Part shown: positions 50,200-57,981 of the stretch, piece by piece
Layout of the letters: every line of letters starts with the position of its first letter
Position numbering within the stretch: position 1 is the first letter of the stretch
Source: a bacterium
Lineage (GTDB): Bacteria > Patescibacteriota > Minisyncoccia > Phycocordibacterales > UBA6899
Assembly (NCBI GenBank): GCA_043756865.1
Contig: JAYUQG010000014.1
Location: forward strand, 2,349 to 66,348
Reading direction: 5' to 3'
DNA: 64,000 nucleotides
The notes under the pieces: model-generated
What the model saw: the letters and a program-made list of their open reading frames with translations, nothing else
Database searches by the model: none
Told to the model about the DNA's origin: nothing
Position numbers and translations under genes: made by a program

Positions 50200-51929
50200 G
50201 GCAGTACGGAATTATCAGCACCACTATCGTCTTCACCTCGTGGGGTAGTGCTCGAACTTCCACCAATAGGAAGTGCGGCCTGATCACCCTGTGTTATCGG
50301 AGTCTCCGGCGGCGCACGATACGGCCCTTCGGGAAGCCGCGAGGACTCGCTGGTAAGGTCTACTTTTTTGCCCGTGGCCACATCATAACTCATCAGTCGT
50401 GCACGACCCTCTTGGTCTCGCTCTTCCCATGTAATTGCAAATCTAGGGTTCTCACTTTTCACTCCATCACTTGAAAGTTTGGTGCGTGTTTTCTCTACGA
50501 TGCTGTATGCATACACGACCCAGTTTTCCCCTTCGTGTGACTGCCACGTTACGATGTCGCCATGAAGTGACGGAAACATATCGTGCTCAGTATTCTCGGT
50601 AAGTCGCACCACCTCCCACTCGGGGCCTACGTTCATTAGTCGATTTGCGAGAGGTAAATGTTCACCTGCTAAGGGTGAAGAGTGCACACGACGGGTGGCC
50701 AAAAATACTTCCCAGTTTTCATCAACCCACCCTTGCCAAACGATATGGTTACCAGCAACCTTTGGATTAAAATTACTCTCGCGCGAGTCAGTGACTTGCA
50801 TCACACGTGGCGGTTCGCTTCCGGAAGTATCGGCATAGAAAATCTGCCATCGTCCACCTTTCATACCCTGCCAAACGAAGTGCACGCCCGAAATGTCTTG
50901 CGCTGGGAACGCATCATCCCACTCATTCTCAGTAAGCTGCATGCGCACTCCACCCTTGTCGATAAAAATTTCTTTGTCCCCTCCTGCTCCTTCGACGGCC
51001 TCCACCGTAACCATCGTCGCCTTTGGAGTGCCCGCTGCGCCCTTCTGCGTTCCATCTTTTATGCAGTAGTAGCCCGTATGTTCAAATGAAATACAGCCAC
51101 TCAAAAATTCTGCCTCGACTTCGCGTTTGAGTTCTGCGCGAAGTTGCGCTTCACGATAAAGTGCTGCACCTTCATCGGGTAGATGGACGTTGTCAGGATT
51201 CTCGGGCACTGCTTCCCCATCACCCACGAACTCGTCAGTTGTTGTCGCGTCACTGTCATTTTGTATATCTGGAGACACCTCGTCTGTTGTGGTTGCGCCC
51301 CCACCTCCGTCCTCTGTGTTTGCAACATCGGAAACCGTGGAGGTGGCCTCACTGTCAAACGCTCCTCCGCCACCCGTAGTATCCACGGGTGGTAATACTT
51401 CTTCGGTGCTCGACGCAACAGCCCGCTCGTCTGCGGTTGGCGAGGGAGGCTCGGTGACTTCTTCGGCGGGATGAACTTCAGATGGTTCATCTGGAGGTGC
51501 TGTTGGCAGCTCATCAGGAATATCAGAATGAGCAGGCTGAGCATCTTCGGAAGTGGATTGAGGAACAGTTTCCTCACTGATGGAGAGCGGAGCTTCTGTC
51601 GCAGATACGGGTGTGTCACTTGCGGGTGCAACCGATTCGTCCGCCGCATACAACGGAAGTAGCGGCTGAAGAAAAATCATCGGCACGAGGAGTATCGACG
51701 CCACTTTTCCGAGCAAGCCGGTTGCAAGGGTGAGGCCAAACGTGGAACTCAGTGCGTGCCGACGCTTATCCTCAATTGCCACTTTGATGGTGCGGCGAAG
51801 CGCACTACCTTTTAGTTGTATCGTGGTGTGTGCTTTGTGGGGAATGTTCACCGCGCGAAGTACGGTGCCTCGAGAAACTTTGGCATGTGGGGCGAGACGC
51901 ACAATATGTGTTGAATCATCGTACTTCAT
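50196..51929 (-). CDS. Membrane-anchored protein with acidic linker and TolB-like beta-propeller repeats
   Basis: Repeated QLT.N...D..P......VWQ.......WQIF blades; ATGA coupling to the next gene. Start 51929 or TTG 51953. Confidence 0.75.
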   Translation of the reverse strand: MKYDDSTHIVRLAPHAKVSRGTVLRAVNIPHKAHTTIQLKGSALRRTIKVAIEDKRRHALSSTFGLTLATGLLGKVASILLVPMIFLQPLLPLYAADESVAPASDTPVSATEAPLSISEETVPQSTSEDAQPAHSDIPDELPTAPPDEPSEVHPAEEVTEPPSPTADERAVASSTEEVLPPVDTTGGGGAFDSEATSTVSDVANTEDGGGGATTTDEVSPDIQNDSDATTTDEFVGDGEAVPENPDNVHLPDEGAALYREAQLRAELKREVEAEFLSGCISFEHTGYYCIKDGTQKGAAGTPKATMVTVEAVEGAGGDKEIFIDKGGVRMQLTENEWDDAFPAQDISGVHFVWQGMKGGRWQIFYADTSGSEPPRVMQVTDSRESNFNPKVAGNHIVWQGWVDENWEVFLATRRVHSSPLAGEHLPLANRLMNVGPEWEVVRLTENTEHDMFPSLHGDIVTWQSHEGENWVVYAYSIVEKTRTKLSSDGVKSENPRFAITWEERDQEGRARLMSYDVATGKKVDLTSESSRLPEGPYRAPPETPITQGDQAALPIGGSSSTTPRGEDDSGADNSVLP

Positions 51930-52386
51930 GGTGATATGTTCGGGCTCCAACACTCTTTGCGGTCTGATTAGGGCGATACGTATGCACTACTTCGGTTTGT
52001 GTTTGCTTACGGAGCGATACACCGAGCGAGTCAGCGAGCATGTAACAAAGGAATATGGCAAAAAGCCCAAGTACTATAAGTAGCAGGTAAAGCACGCTGC
52101 GGTATGCAGTAAGGACGCGCGAAGGAAACACCCCCTCAATGACTCGGTCCAAAATGACTTCTTTGTGAGGATCTGCAGGCAACGTATCGTCTTGCTTGGG
52201 TACCTTCAAGAGGTAAGCTTCCATTGCCTCCGGTGTGGTCATCCAGACCACATTTGCGTACACTTGCTTCCCTTCAATTTTTCCCTTACGTATAAGCTGG
52301 CCGATATAGTCTGCCGAGTACCCAAACTGCTCACTCGCTTCCTTGAGGGTGATATAACCGTCTTGTTTCTCAATCGGGGTAGTCAT
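51916..52386 (-). CDS. Excisionase/MerR-type helix-turn-helix protein with C-terminal TM helix
   Basis: YITLKEASEQFGYSADYIGQLIRKGKIEGKQV...W followed by VLYLLLIVLGLFAIFLCYML. Confidence 0.8.
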   Translation of the reverse strand: MTTPIEKQDGYITLKEASEQFGYSADYIGQLIRKGKIEGKQVYANVVWMTTPEAMEAYLLKVPKQDDTLPADPHKEVILDRVIEGVFPSRVLTAYRSVLYLLLIVLGLFAIFLCYMLADSLGVSLRKQTQTEVVHTYRPNQTAKSVGARTYHHEVR

Positions 52387-52406
52387 ATTCAATTATTCCT
52401 CTGTAC

Positions 52407-52538
52407 TGTGTATAAGTCTCGAGGGTCGATATTTCTATTTTACATTGAAAAATAAGGAAATAATAAAGTTATCCCCAGACAACCAACACGTTATACTGTC
52501 AATTGTCCACAGATTTCTCGACGGTCGATATTTTCTAT
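52407..52538. promoter_or_regulatory. Divergent promoter region with 22-bp direct repeats and DnaA-box-like sites
   Basis: tctcgagggtcgatatttctat (52417) and tctcgacggtcgatattttctat (52516); tgtgtataa 52407, ttatcccca 52469, ttgtccaca 52503. Confidence 0.55.
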
Positions 52539-52638
52539 GCGACCTAAAGAAATATCCTTTAAAATTCATTAGTAACCCAATATATAGTTTTGGATGATAA
52601 AACTTGCTATATTTCTACATAAATGGTATAATATTCAT

Positions 52639-53241
52639 ATGGTTTTTACGCCACTGCGAGTCGAGAGACATCGGATGAATCAGGAGCAAACAAGCTTCCT
52701 TCTGTTTGCATGTGCAATTTTTACGATAGGTATTTTATTTGGATCATTGCTTGCCTCGTATGGCACATTCCCCGCACGCACTGCCACGAACCTCAATACG
52801 TCTGCAGTCATACTCTCTCACATCACAACCACTGCGACTCCCGAAGTCAGGGTGCCACTCGCTACAGAAACCACTACAAATTCCAGAGATGCACTCCCCA
52901 CCGAGGAGATCGGCACTGAATCAATTTTTGAGAATGCAGAGGCAATTGATGGGTTTTTTTCAGAGACGCTCACGCTCGTACGCACTGAAGTCGAGGAGAA
53001 AACAGCACGGACAAACGTACTCAGTACTGAAATTGAACGACTCACCAATGCGTCCGTTGTACTCATAGCTGGTTTTGAGCAGAGCTGTGGTAACTGGGCT
53101 GATACATGCGCAACCGCATACAAAAACGAGCTTGATAAAAATAATGCTTCCTATAACAGGCTTTCGGGGGAACTTGAATTGCTGTTAGCTGAAATTGAAC
53201 GCGCACAAGAAAGCGAGAGAATTATTCTCGCTTCGCAGTAA
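52639..53241 (+). CDS. Hypothetical membrane-anchored coiled-coil protein
   Basis: TM helix, Thr-rich linker, helical C-terminus. TATAAT six nt before ATG 52639. Confidence 0.7.
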   Translation: MVFTPLRVERHRMNQEQTSFLLFACAIFTIGILFGSLLASYGTFPARTATNLNTSAVILSHITTTATPEVRVPLATETTTNSRDALPTEEIGTESIFENAEAIDGFFSETLTLVRTEVEEKTARTNVLSTEIERLTNASVVLIAGFEQSCGNWADTCATAYKNELDKNNASYNRLSGELELLLAEIERAQESERIILASQ

Positions 53242-53267
53242 TTATGTTTCTTCGCTGCGCGCTTATA

Positions 53268-53840
53268 CTAAGCTGACGGGATATGCCCGCGTTGCTTGAG
53301 AAACGCAAACGCAACCCAAATCTTTGGGTCAACACTGATATCCCCTTTCGTGAGATAGTCGAAAAGCGCATCAAGCGGGACAAGTACGGTGGTAATCATC
53401 TCTGCTGCACCAAGCAAAGTGTTGCTCTGCTTTTGTGCGTCCAAACCTAAGAATACATATGTTTCAGAGTCTGAATTACCAGGGTCGTTGGGAATGCACG
53501 CAAGCAGTGTGGTGCTGCTCACTACGTAGCCGGTCTCTTCCTTCAACTCTCGCTCTGCGATTGCTCTCGGCTCTTCTCCTCCTATATCATCACAACCGCC
53601 AGGGAGTTCGAGTACTTCCCGCCTAAGTGGAATGCGGTACGTGCGCTCGAGCACAATCTGCTTGTCCTTTGTAATCGCCGCGATAACAGCACCCGGTCCG
53701 CGCGTATTCAAGGAAATCATTTCCCATACATGTGGTACACCTTCCGTGTCGGTGTAGTGGCGCACTACCATGCGGGTATACGCGGTTTCATGCACGACCT
53801 CGTCATGGTCAATTGTTATTGCACGTAGGTGCTTTTTCAT
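53268..53840 (-). CDS. NUDIX hydrolase (ADP-ribose pyrophosphatase-like)
   Basis: ELPGG...EEPRAIAERELKEETGY Nudix box. Confidence 0.92.
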   Translation of the reverse strand: MKKHLRAITIDHDEVVHETAYTRMVVRHYTDTEGVPHVWEMISLNTRGPGAVIAAITKDKQIVLERTYRIPLRREVLELPGGCDDIGGEEPRAIAERELKEETGYVVSSTTLLACIPNDPGNSDSETYVFLGLDAQKQSNTLLGAAEMITTVLVPLDALFDYLTKGDISVDPKIWVAFAFLKQRGHIPSA

Positions 53841-54394
53841 TTAATTCGAGGAAGGTTCACGTCCTGCGGAATATTTGGAATCTGGTTGTATTTATATTTC
53901 AGTGTGGCTCCATCCTCAGGCCCGTAATTCACCAAAATGTGGTCGTTATTCTTCAGTTCATAAAACGAAAGTTCAGAGACTGCCACCGGAAGTCCGTTTA
54001 TAACTGCGCGCAAGGTGTTGTTGTCATCATTGCAAAACTTTCCATCATCGGGGGTTTCAATGCACGAAGCGGTCATGTTGACTCCCAGTGTTCTAAAAAA
54101 AGTAGGCAGCGTCACTCCGGTGGCATGCTTGTGCACAATAAAGCACTCATCATCTTCAAAGTGCGCAACGCGACTTTTCAACATGTACGCGGGCTTGCAA
54201 AAATTAACGGATTCTTTTCCTATCATGACGAGCAGTGCGATATGCGCATGCTCACTTCCCAGCTCACCGAGTGCGGGGACTTCCCTTGGAGGCGGGGGCG
54301 GGACGCTCAGTATCTTGTAGCCGTACGCTCCACCTGCAATGAGTATTGCGATTGCTGTAGCGATAATATAGGTCATACGAGTAGTCATTTGCAT
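53837..54394 (-). CDS. Hypothetical membrane-anchored protein with conserved-looking His residues
   Basis: N-terminal TM; HAH, HFED and HKH motifs. TATAAT six nt before ATG 54394; ATGA overlap with the NUDIX gene. Confidence 0.7.
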   Translation of the reverse strand: MQMTTRMTYIIATAIAILIAGGAYGYKILSVPPPPPREVPALGELGSEHAHIALLVMIGKESVNFCKPAYMLKSRVAHFEDDECFIVHKHATGVTLPTFFRTLGVNMTASCIETPDDGKFCNDDNNTLRAVINGLPVAVSELSFYELKNNDHILVNYGPEDGATLKYKYNQIPNIPQDVNLPRIK

Positions 54395-54450
54395 AAGCAC
54401 ATTATAGCACCTCACGTAGACGCATGTGAACCATGCGCACTGAACTAAAA

Positions 54451-54486
54451 ACAAAAAACACTCGAGCGAACTCGAGTGTTTTTTGT
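54451..54486. terminator. Bidirectional intrinsic terminator
   Basis: acaaaaaacactcgag-cgaa-ctcgagtgttttttgt perfect palindrome. Confidence 0.85.
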
Positions 54487-54495
54487 GGGTATCGC

Positions 54496-54813
54496 TTAGT
54501 TGCGATCACGCCAACCTCCGCGGCGGTCACCACCAGCACCACCACCACCTCCCTGTGGGCGGTCCTCCTTCGGGCGAGCGACGTTCACTGTGAGTGTACG
54601 TCCGCCGAATTCCTTACCGTGCCACATGTCGATAGCAGCCTGCGCCTCTCCTTCCGATGCCATTTCGACGAAGCCGAATCCGCGTGAGCGGCCGGTCATA
54701 CGATCGGTGACAATCGACGACGAGACTACCGAACCCGCTGTCGCAAATGCGTCACCGAGTTCCTGATCTGTCGTAGAGTAGGGCAATCCTCCTACGTATA
54801 GCTTTTGAGCCAT
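54496..54813 (-). CDS. RRM RNA-binding protein with Gly-rich tail
   Basis: RNP2 LYVGGL, RNP1 RGFGFVEM. Confidence 0.95.
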   Translation of the reverse strand: MAQKLYVGGLPYSTTDQELGDAFATAGSVVSSSIVTDRMTGRSRGFGFVEMASEGEAQAAIDMWHGKEFGGRTLTVNVARPKEDRPQGGGGGAGGDRRGGWRDRN

Positions 54814-55241
54814 TTTGTGTCTGAACTACTTGCATAAAACATCGCGTACGACCTTCTCGATGCACTTAAGCGAATGCTCAGCCACTGATGCGAGAAACAC
54901 ACGAATGGAAACATTATACACGTTTATAATAAAAGCGCAACCCATTAGGAAGCGCTGTGTTAAGCTGTTATTTGGCTACTTGTTGGGAAACAGCGGAACA
55001 TAATTCCCTTGTACATTTCCTTCTTTAGTTTGGACTTTCGGATGTTCGCCTTCCTTGAGTGCGTTGAGCAATCTCTTTGCTTGCCGCTCTTCAAATTGTT
55101 TAAGAACGCTTTCCGCGCGTTCATTGCGGAGATGGTATCCACGAGACACGGTCGTGACCCTTCATTTCAACAGTGAAGTCTCGGATATAACAGAGGTGCG
55201 TATTCTGCGCAAAAAAACAGAGCGGAAGGCCTCCATTTTGT

Positions 55242-55994
55242 TTACTCTAGGACGAAACTTGCGCGCACGGTCACAAAGACTTCTTTATCGATATGCATCG
55301 TATCAAAGGAGCCGTAGTCAGAAACTTCGCCGGAGTTTACTGGCAACACTTGCACCACTCCTGACGATGCAGCCTTGAGCATTCCCACACGCTTGCTGTC
55401 CGCTCCGGCAATCTCCGTTGCACGGGCGCGAGCATCCTTGAGCGCGGCACCGAGAAGTTTGACCCGTAAGTCCGCAAGCTTTGAGTAATAATACTCGAGC
55501 GCAAGGGTGTTCACGAAGACCCCTTGGCCAACAAGTGTGTCGGTATTTTTGGCGAGCGTTGTGACCTTCCCCACATCATCGGCATGAACGACAATCGTTG
55601 TGCGTAGCATATACTCACGGGGGGTTCCATGTTGCTTGTTGTAGTCATAATTTTCCGAGGTATATACAGGTGTGGTGGTGATACTTTCCGCGGCAATTCC
55701 CGCCCCCGTAAGCCAAGTTGTGGCAGACGCGAGGTCGTCTTTCATCGCTTTGTTTGCCTCTTTTAACCCTGTCTCGTTGGTGCGGCGAGTAATTTCCATT
55801 GTCCACTTCACCGTGTCGGAAGTGACACGCTCTTTCGTAGAGCCGGTGACTGAAAGTGCATTATCAAACCCACGTACCGTCTTCCATGCAGACGTGCCAA
55901 TAAGTGTCGCGAGGACAAGTGCGAGACCCACGACAAGTGCTGCACTAATGACCGCAAGGCGGATATCTTTTGAATCAAGTTTGATGTTTTCCAT
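55242..55994 (-). CDS. SIMPL-domain (DUF541) protein
   Basis: TM, LSVTG...VTSD...W, AALKDARARATEIA, KEVFVTVRASF. Confidence 0.85.
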   Translation of the reverse strand: MENIKLDSKDIRLAVISAALVVGLALVLATLIGTSAWKTVRGFDNALSVTGSTKERVTSDTVKWTMEITRRTNETGLKEANKAMKDDLASATTWLTGAGIAAESITTTPVYTSENYDYNKQHGTPREYMLRTTIVVHADDVGKVTTLAKNTDTLVGQGVFVNTLALEYYYSKLADLRVKLLGAALKDARARATEIAGADSKRVGMLKAASSGVVQVLPVNSGEVSDYGSFDTMHIDKEVFVTVRASFVLE

Positions 55995-56163
55995 GACGAG
56001 AAGTAGTGTTAATGTGCATTCATTATAATATGCGGGGTGTGAGTTGGGAATCTTTCAAAATACTGAGTACGCCCTCTACACTGGGGTACGACAAACATAA
56101 ATAGACTTTTGTGCCTATAACTGTAGAATATTGCTCAGGTCATTTCGTTAATGGAGTCATGCA

Positions 56164-56430
56164 ATGGTTCTCGAAGCTTCCAAACGCATTGGGCTTTCAT
56201 CGCTCATGTTGGGTCTCACGTTTCTCTTTCTACTCTTTTCCGCGTGGTGCGGCTCCATCAATCCCTACATGCCAAACTTTCCTCTGATCAAGGAAACGTT
56301 CGCCATGATGCTCATCTTCGGGGTCGCCATAGGCCAAGTTGGAGCGACCGTAGGAATAGTGCTCGCCCTTATCGTTCTCTTCGTACCCACAAAGTGTGAG
56401 CCCGAGGAGAAAGAACTCGGTGCCTCATAA
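56164..56430 (+). CDS. Small hypothetical membrane protein
   Basis: Two hydrophobic helices, upstream GGAG, downstream terminator. Confidence 0.6.
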   Translation: MVLEASKRIGLSSLMLGLTFLFLLFSAWCGSINPYMPNFPLIKETFAMMLIFGVAIGQVGATVGIVLALIVLFVPTKCEPEEKELGAS

Positions 56431-56461
56431 AAAACCCCCGCAGAGCGGGGATTTCTTTTTT
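56429..56461. terminator. Bidirectional terminator between convergent genes
   Basis: aaaaaa-ccccgc-aga-gcgggg-atttctttttt. Confidence 0.7.
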
Positions 56462-56472
56462 GAACAAAAAAT

Positions 56473-57888
56473 TTATGGAGTGTTCTTTTCGAATGTTTCG
56501 AGTAATCGGACAAGTAGCCGCACAGGCTCACCTGCCGCCCCTTTTGCAAGGTAATCCCCTTCACAGGTCGTCATGCGCGGAGCGATATCGATGTGTACCC
56601 AAGGATATACGGGCGCATCTTTTTTCCCCTCTTTGGTAAACTGATAGAGAAATATAGCACCAGAAATTGCGCCTGCAAGTCTCCCTTTCCCAAGGTTTGC
56701 CCAGTCACCAAATGTGCCCTTGATATCTGCCTCATATTCATCCCAAAGCGGAAGTGGCCACACATAGTCACCCGTCGCTTCGCCAATTGCTCGGAAGCGT
56801 TCTTCAAGAAGAGTATCCTTTGTAAAAAGTGCTGAGGCCTTATTCCCTAGTGCAATGAGTGCAGCACCCGTCAGTGTCGCAACGTCCACCACAAGGGCGG
56901 GTTTAAACTGTTTTGCATAATGAAGCGCATCCGCAAGCACCACTCTTCCTTCGGCATCAGTATTTAATACTTCAATGGTTTTTCCAGACATGCTCCGTAT
57001 TACATCACCCGGGCGGTAACTCTCTCCTGATGGCATATTTTCTGCTGCAGGAACAAGGGCGACAATATTGCTTTTTAGCTTGAGGCGAGCGGCAATAATG
57101 ATTGCGTGGATGACCGCAGCACCTCCCGACATATCCATATGCATTTCATAAATTGCGTCAGATGGTTTCAGGTTGAGACCACCGGTGTCAAATGTAATTC
57201 CTTTTCCAACAAGCACAATGGGCTGTGCTTCGCGGTCACCCCCACGATATTCCATGCGAATAAACCGCGGTTTTGCATGCGAACCCTTTCCGACTGCGAG
57301 AATCGCGCCCATGCCCAGCTCTTTCATGGCATGCTCGTCATACACTGTGACCTCTATGGGAAGCCCTTGGGCGAGCTGGGTAGCCTCCTCTGCCAAAAGG
57401 GCAGGCGTCATGTCGCCACCGGGAGTGTTTGCGAGCGCGCGTGTTGCATTCACACCTTCCCCAATTATTTTTCCTTTTTTAATTCCCATCTCTACTTCCT
57501 TTGTAGCAGCGCAAACCAGCGTCAGTTCAGAAACGGCGTTCCAGCCATCCTTTGGTTTGGTCTTGTATTTTGTATACGCAAAATTCGCCATTTCACAATT
57601 TACTGCAACAAGTTCAGCGAGTTGCGCGGATGAAAGTGCGAGTTGAGGAAACTGCAGTGCAGTCCAATCAATAGCCAACTTGGATTGTTTTGCAGCAGTA
57701 GCTGCTGCAATCATTTTGCGAATGGTCGTGATGAGCTTGCGGAGTGTCATGGCCTCCCGACTGCCAATCCCAACCTCAATCACCATCTTTCCATTTGCAC
57801 CGCGCACAACCATGTCGGCACCTTCTATAAACACCACGCGTGCGATGTCGCTATCTTTTGGAGTCTTTGTGGAAAATATATATTTCAT
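56473..57888 (-). CDS. pepA: Leucyl aminopeptidase (M17)
   Basis: VGKGITFDTGG, DMSGGA, NTDAEGRV, ATLTGA. Confidence 0.96.
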   Translation of the reverse strand: MKYIFSTKTPKDSDIARVVFIEGADMVVRGANGKMVIEVGIGSREAMTLRKLITTIRKMIAAATAAKQSKLAIDWTALQFPQLALSSAQLAELVAVNCEMANFAYTKYKTKPKDGWNAVSELTLVCAATKEVEMGIKKGKIIGEGVNATRALANTPGGDMTPALLAEEATQLAQGLPIEVTVYDEHAMKELGMGAILAVGKGSHAKPRFIRMEYRGGDREAQPIVLVGKGITFDTGGLNLKPSDAIYEMHMDMSGGAAVIHAIIIAARLKLKSNIVALVPAAENMPSGESYRPGDVIRSMSGKTIEVLNTDAEGRVVLADALHYAKQFKPALVVDVATLTGAALIALGNKASALFTKDTLLEERFRAIGEATGDYVWPLPLWDEYEADIKGTFGDWANLGKGRLAGAISGAIFLYQFTKEGKKDAPVYPWVHIDIAPRMTTCEGDYLAKGAAGEPVRLLVRLLETFEKNTP

Positions 57889-57981
57889 AAAATGCTGTGC
57901 GTGTAAGCAAAACTAATACTACTGCAAATAATGTGTGACTATTATACTATTCTGCACAAACTTGACTCCACGTCACTACCA

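Noticed and set aside
54960-55142. Ribosomal protein bS21 or another small basic protein
   Set aside because: Lys/Arg-rich but has no recognisable motif; left uncalled.
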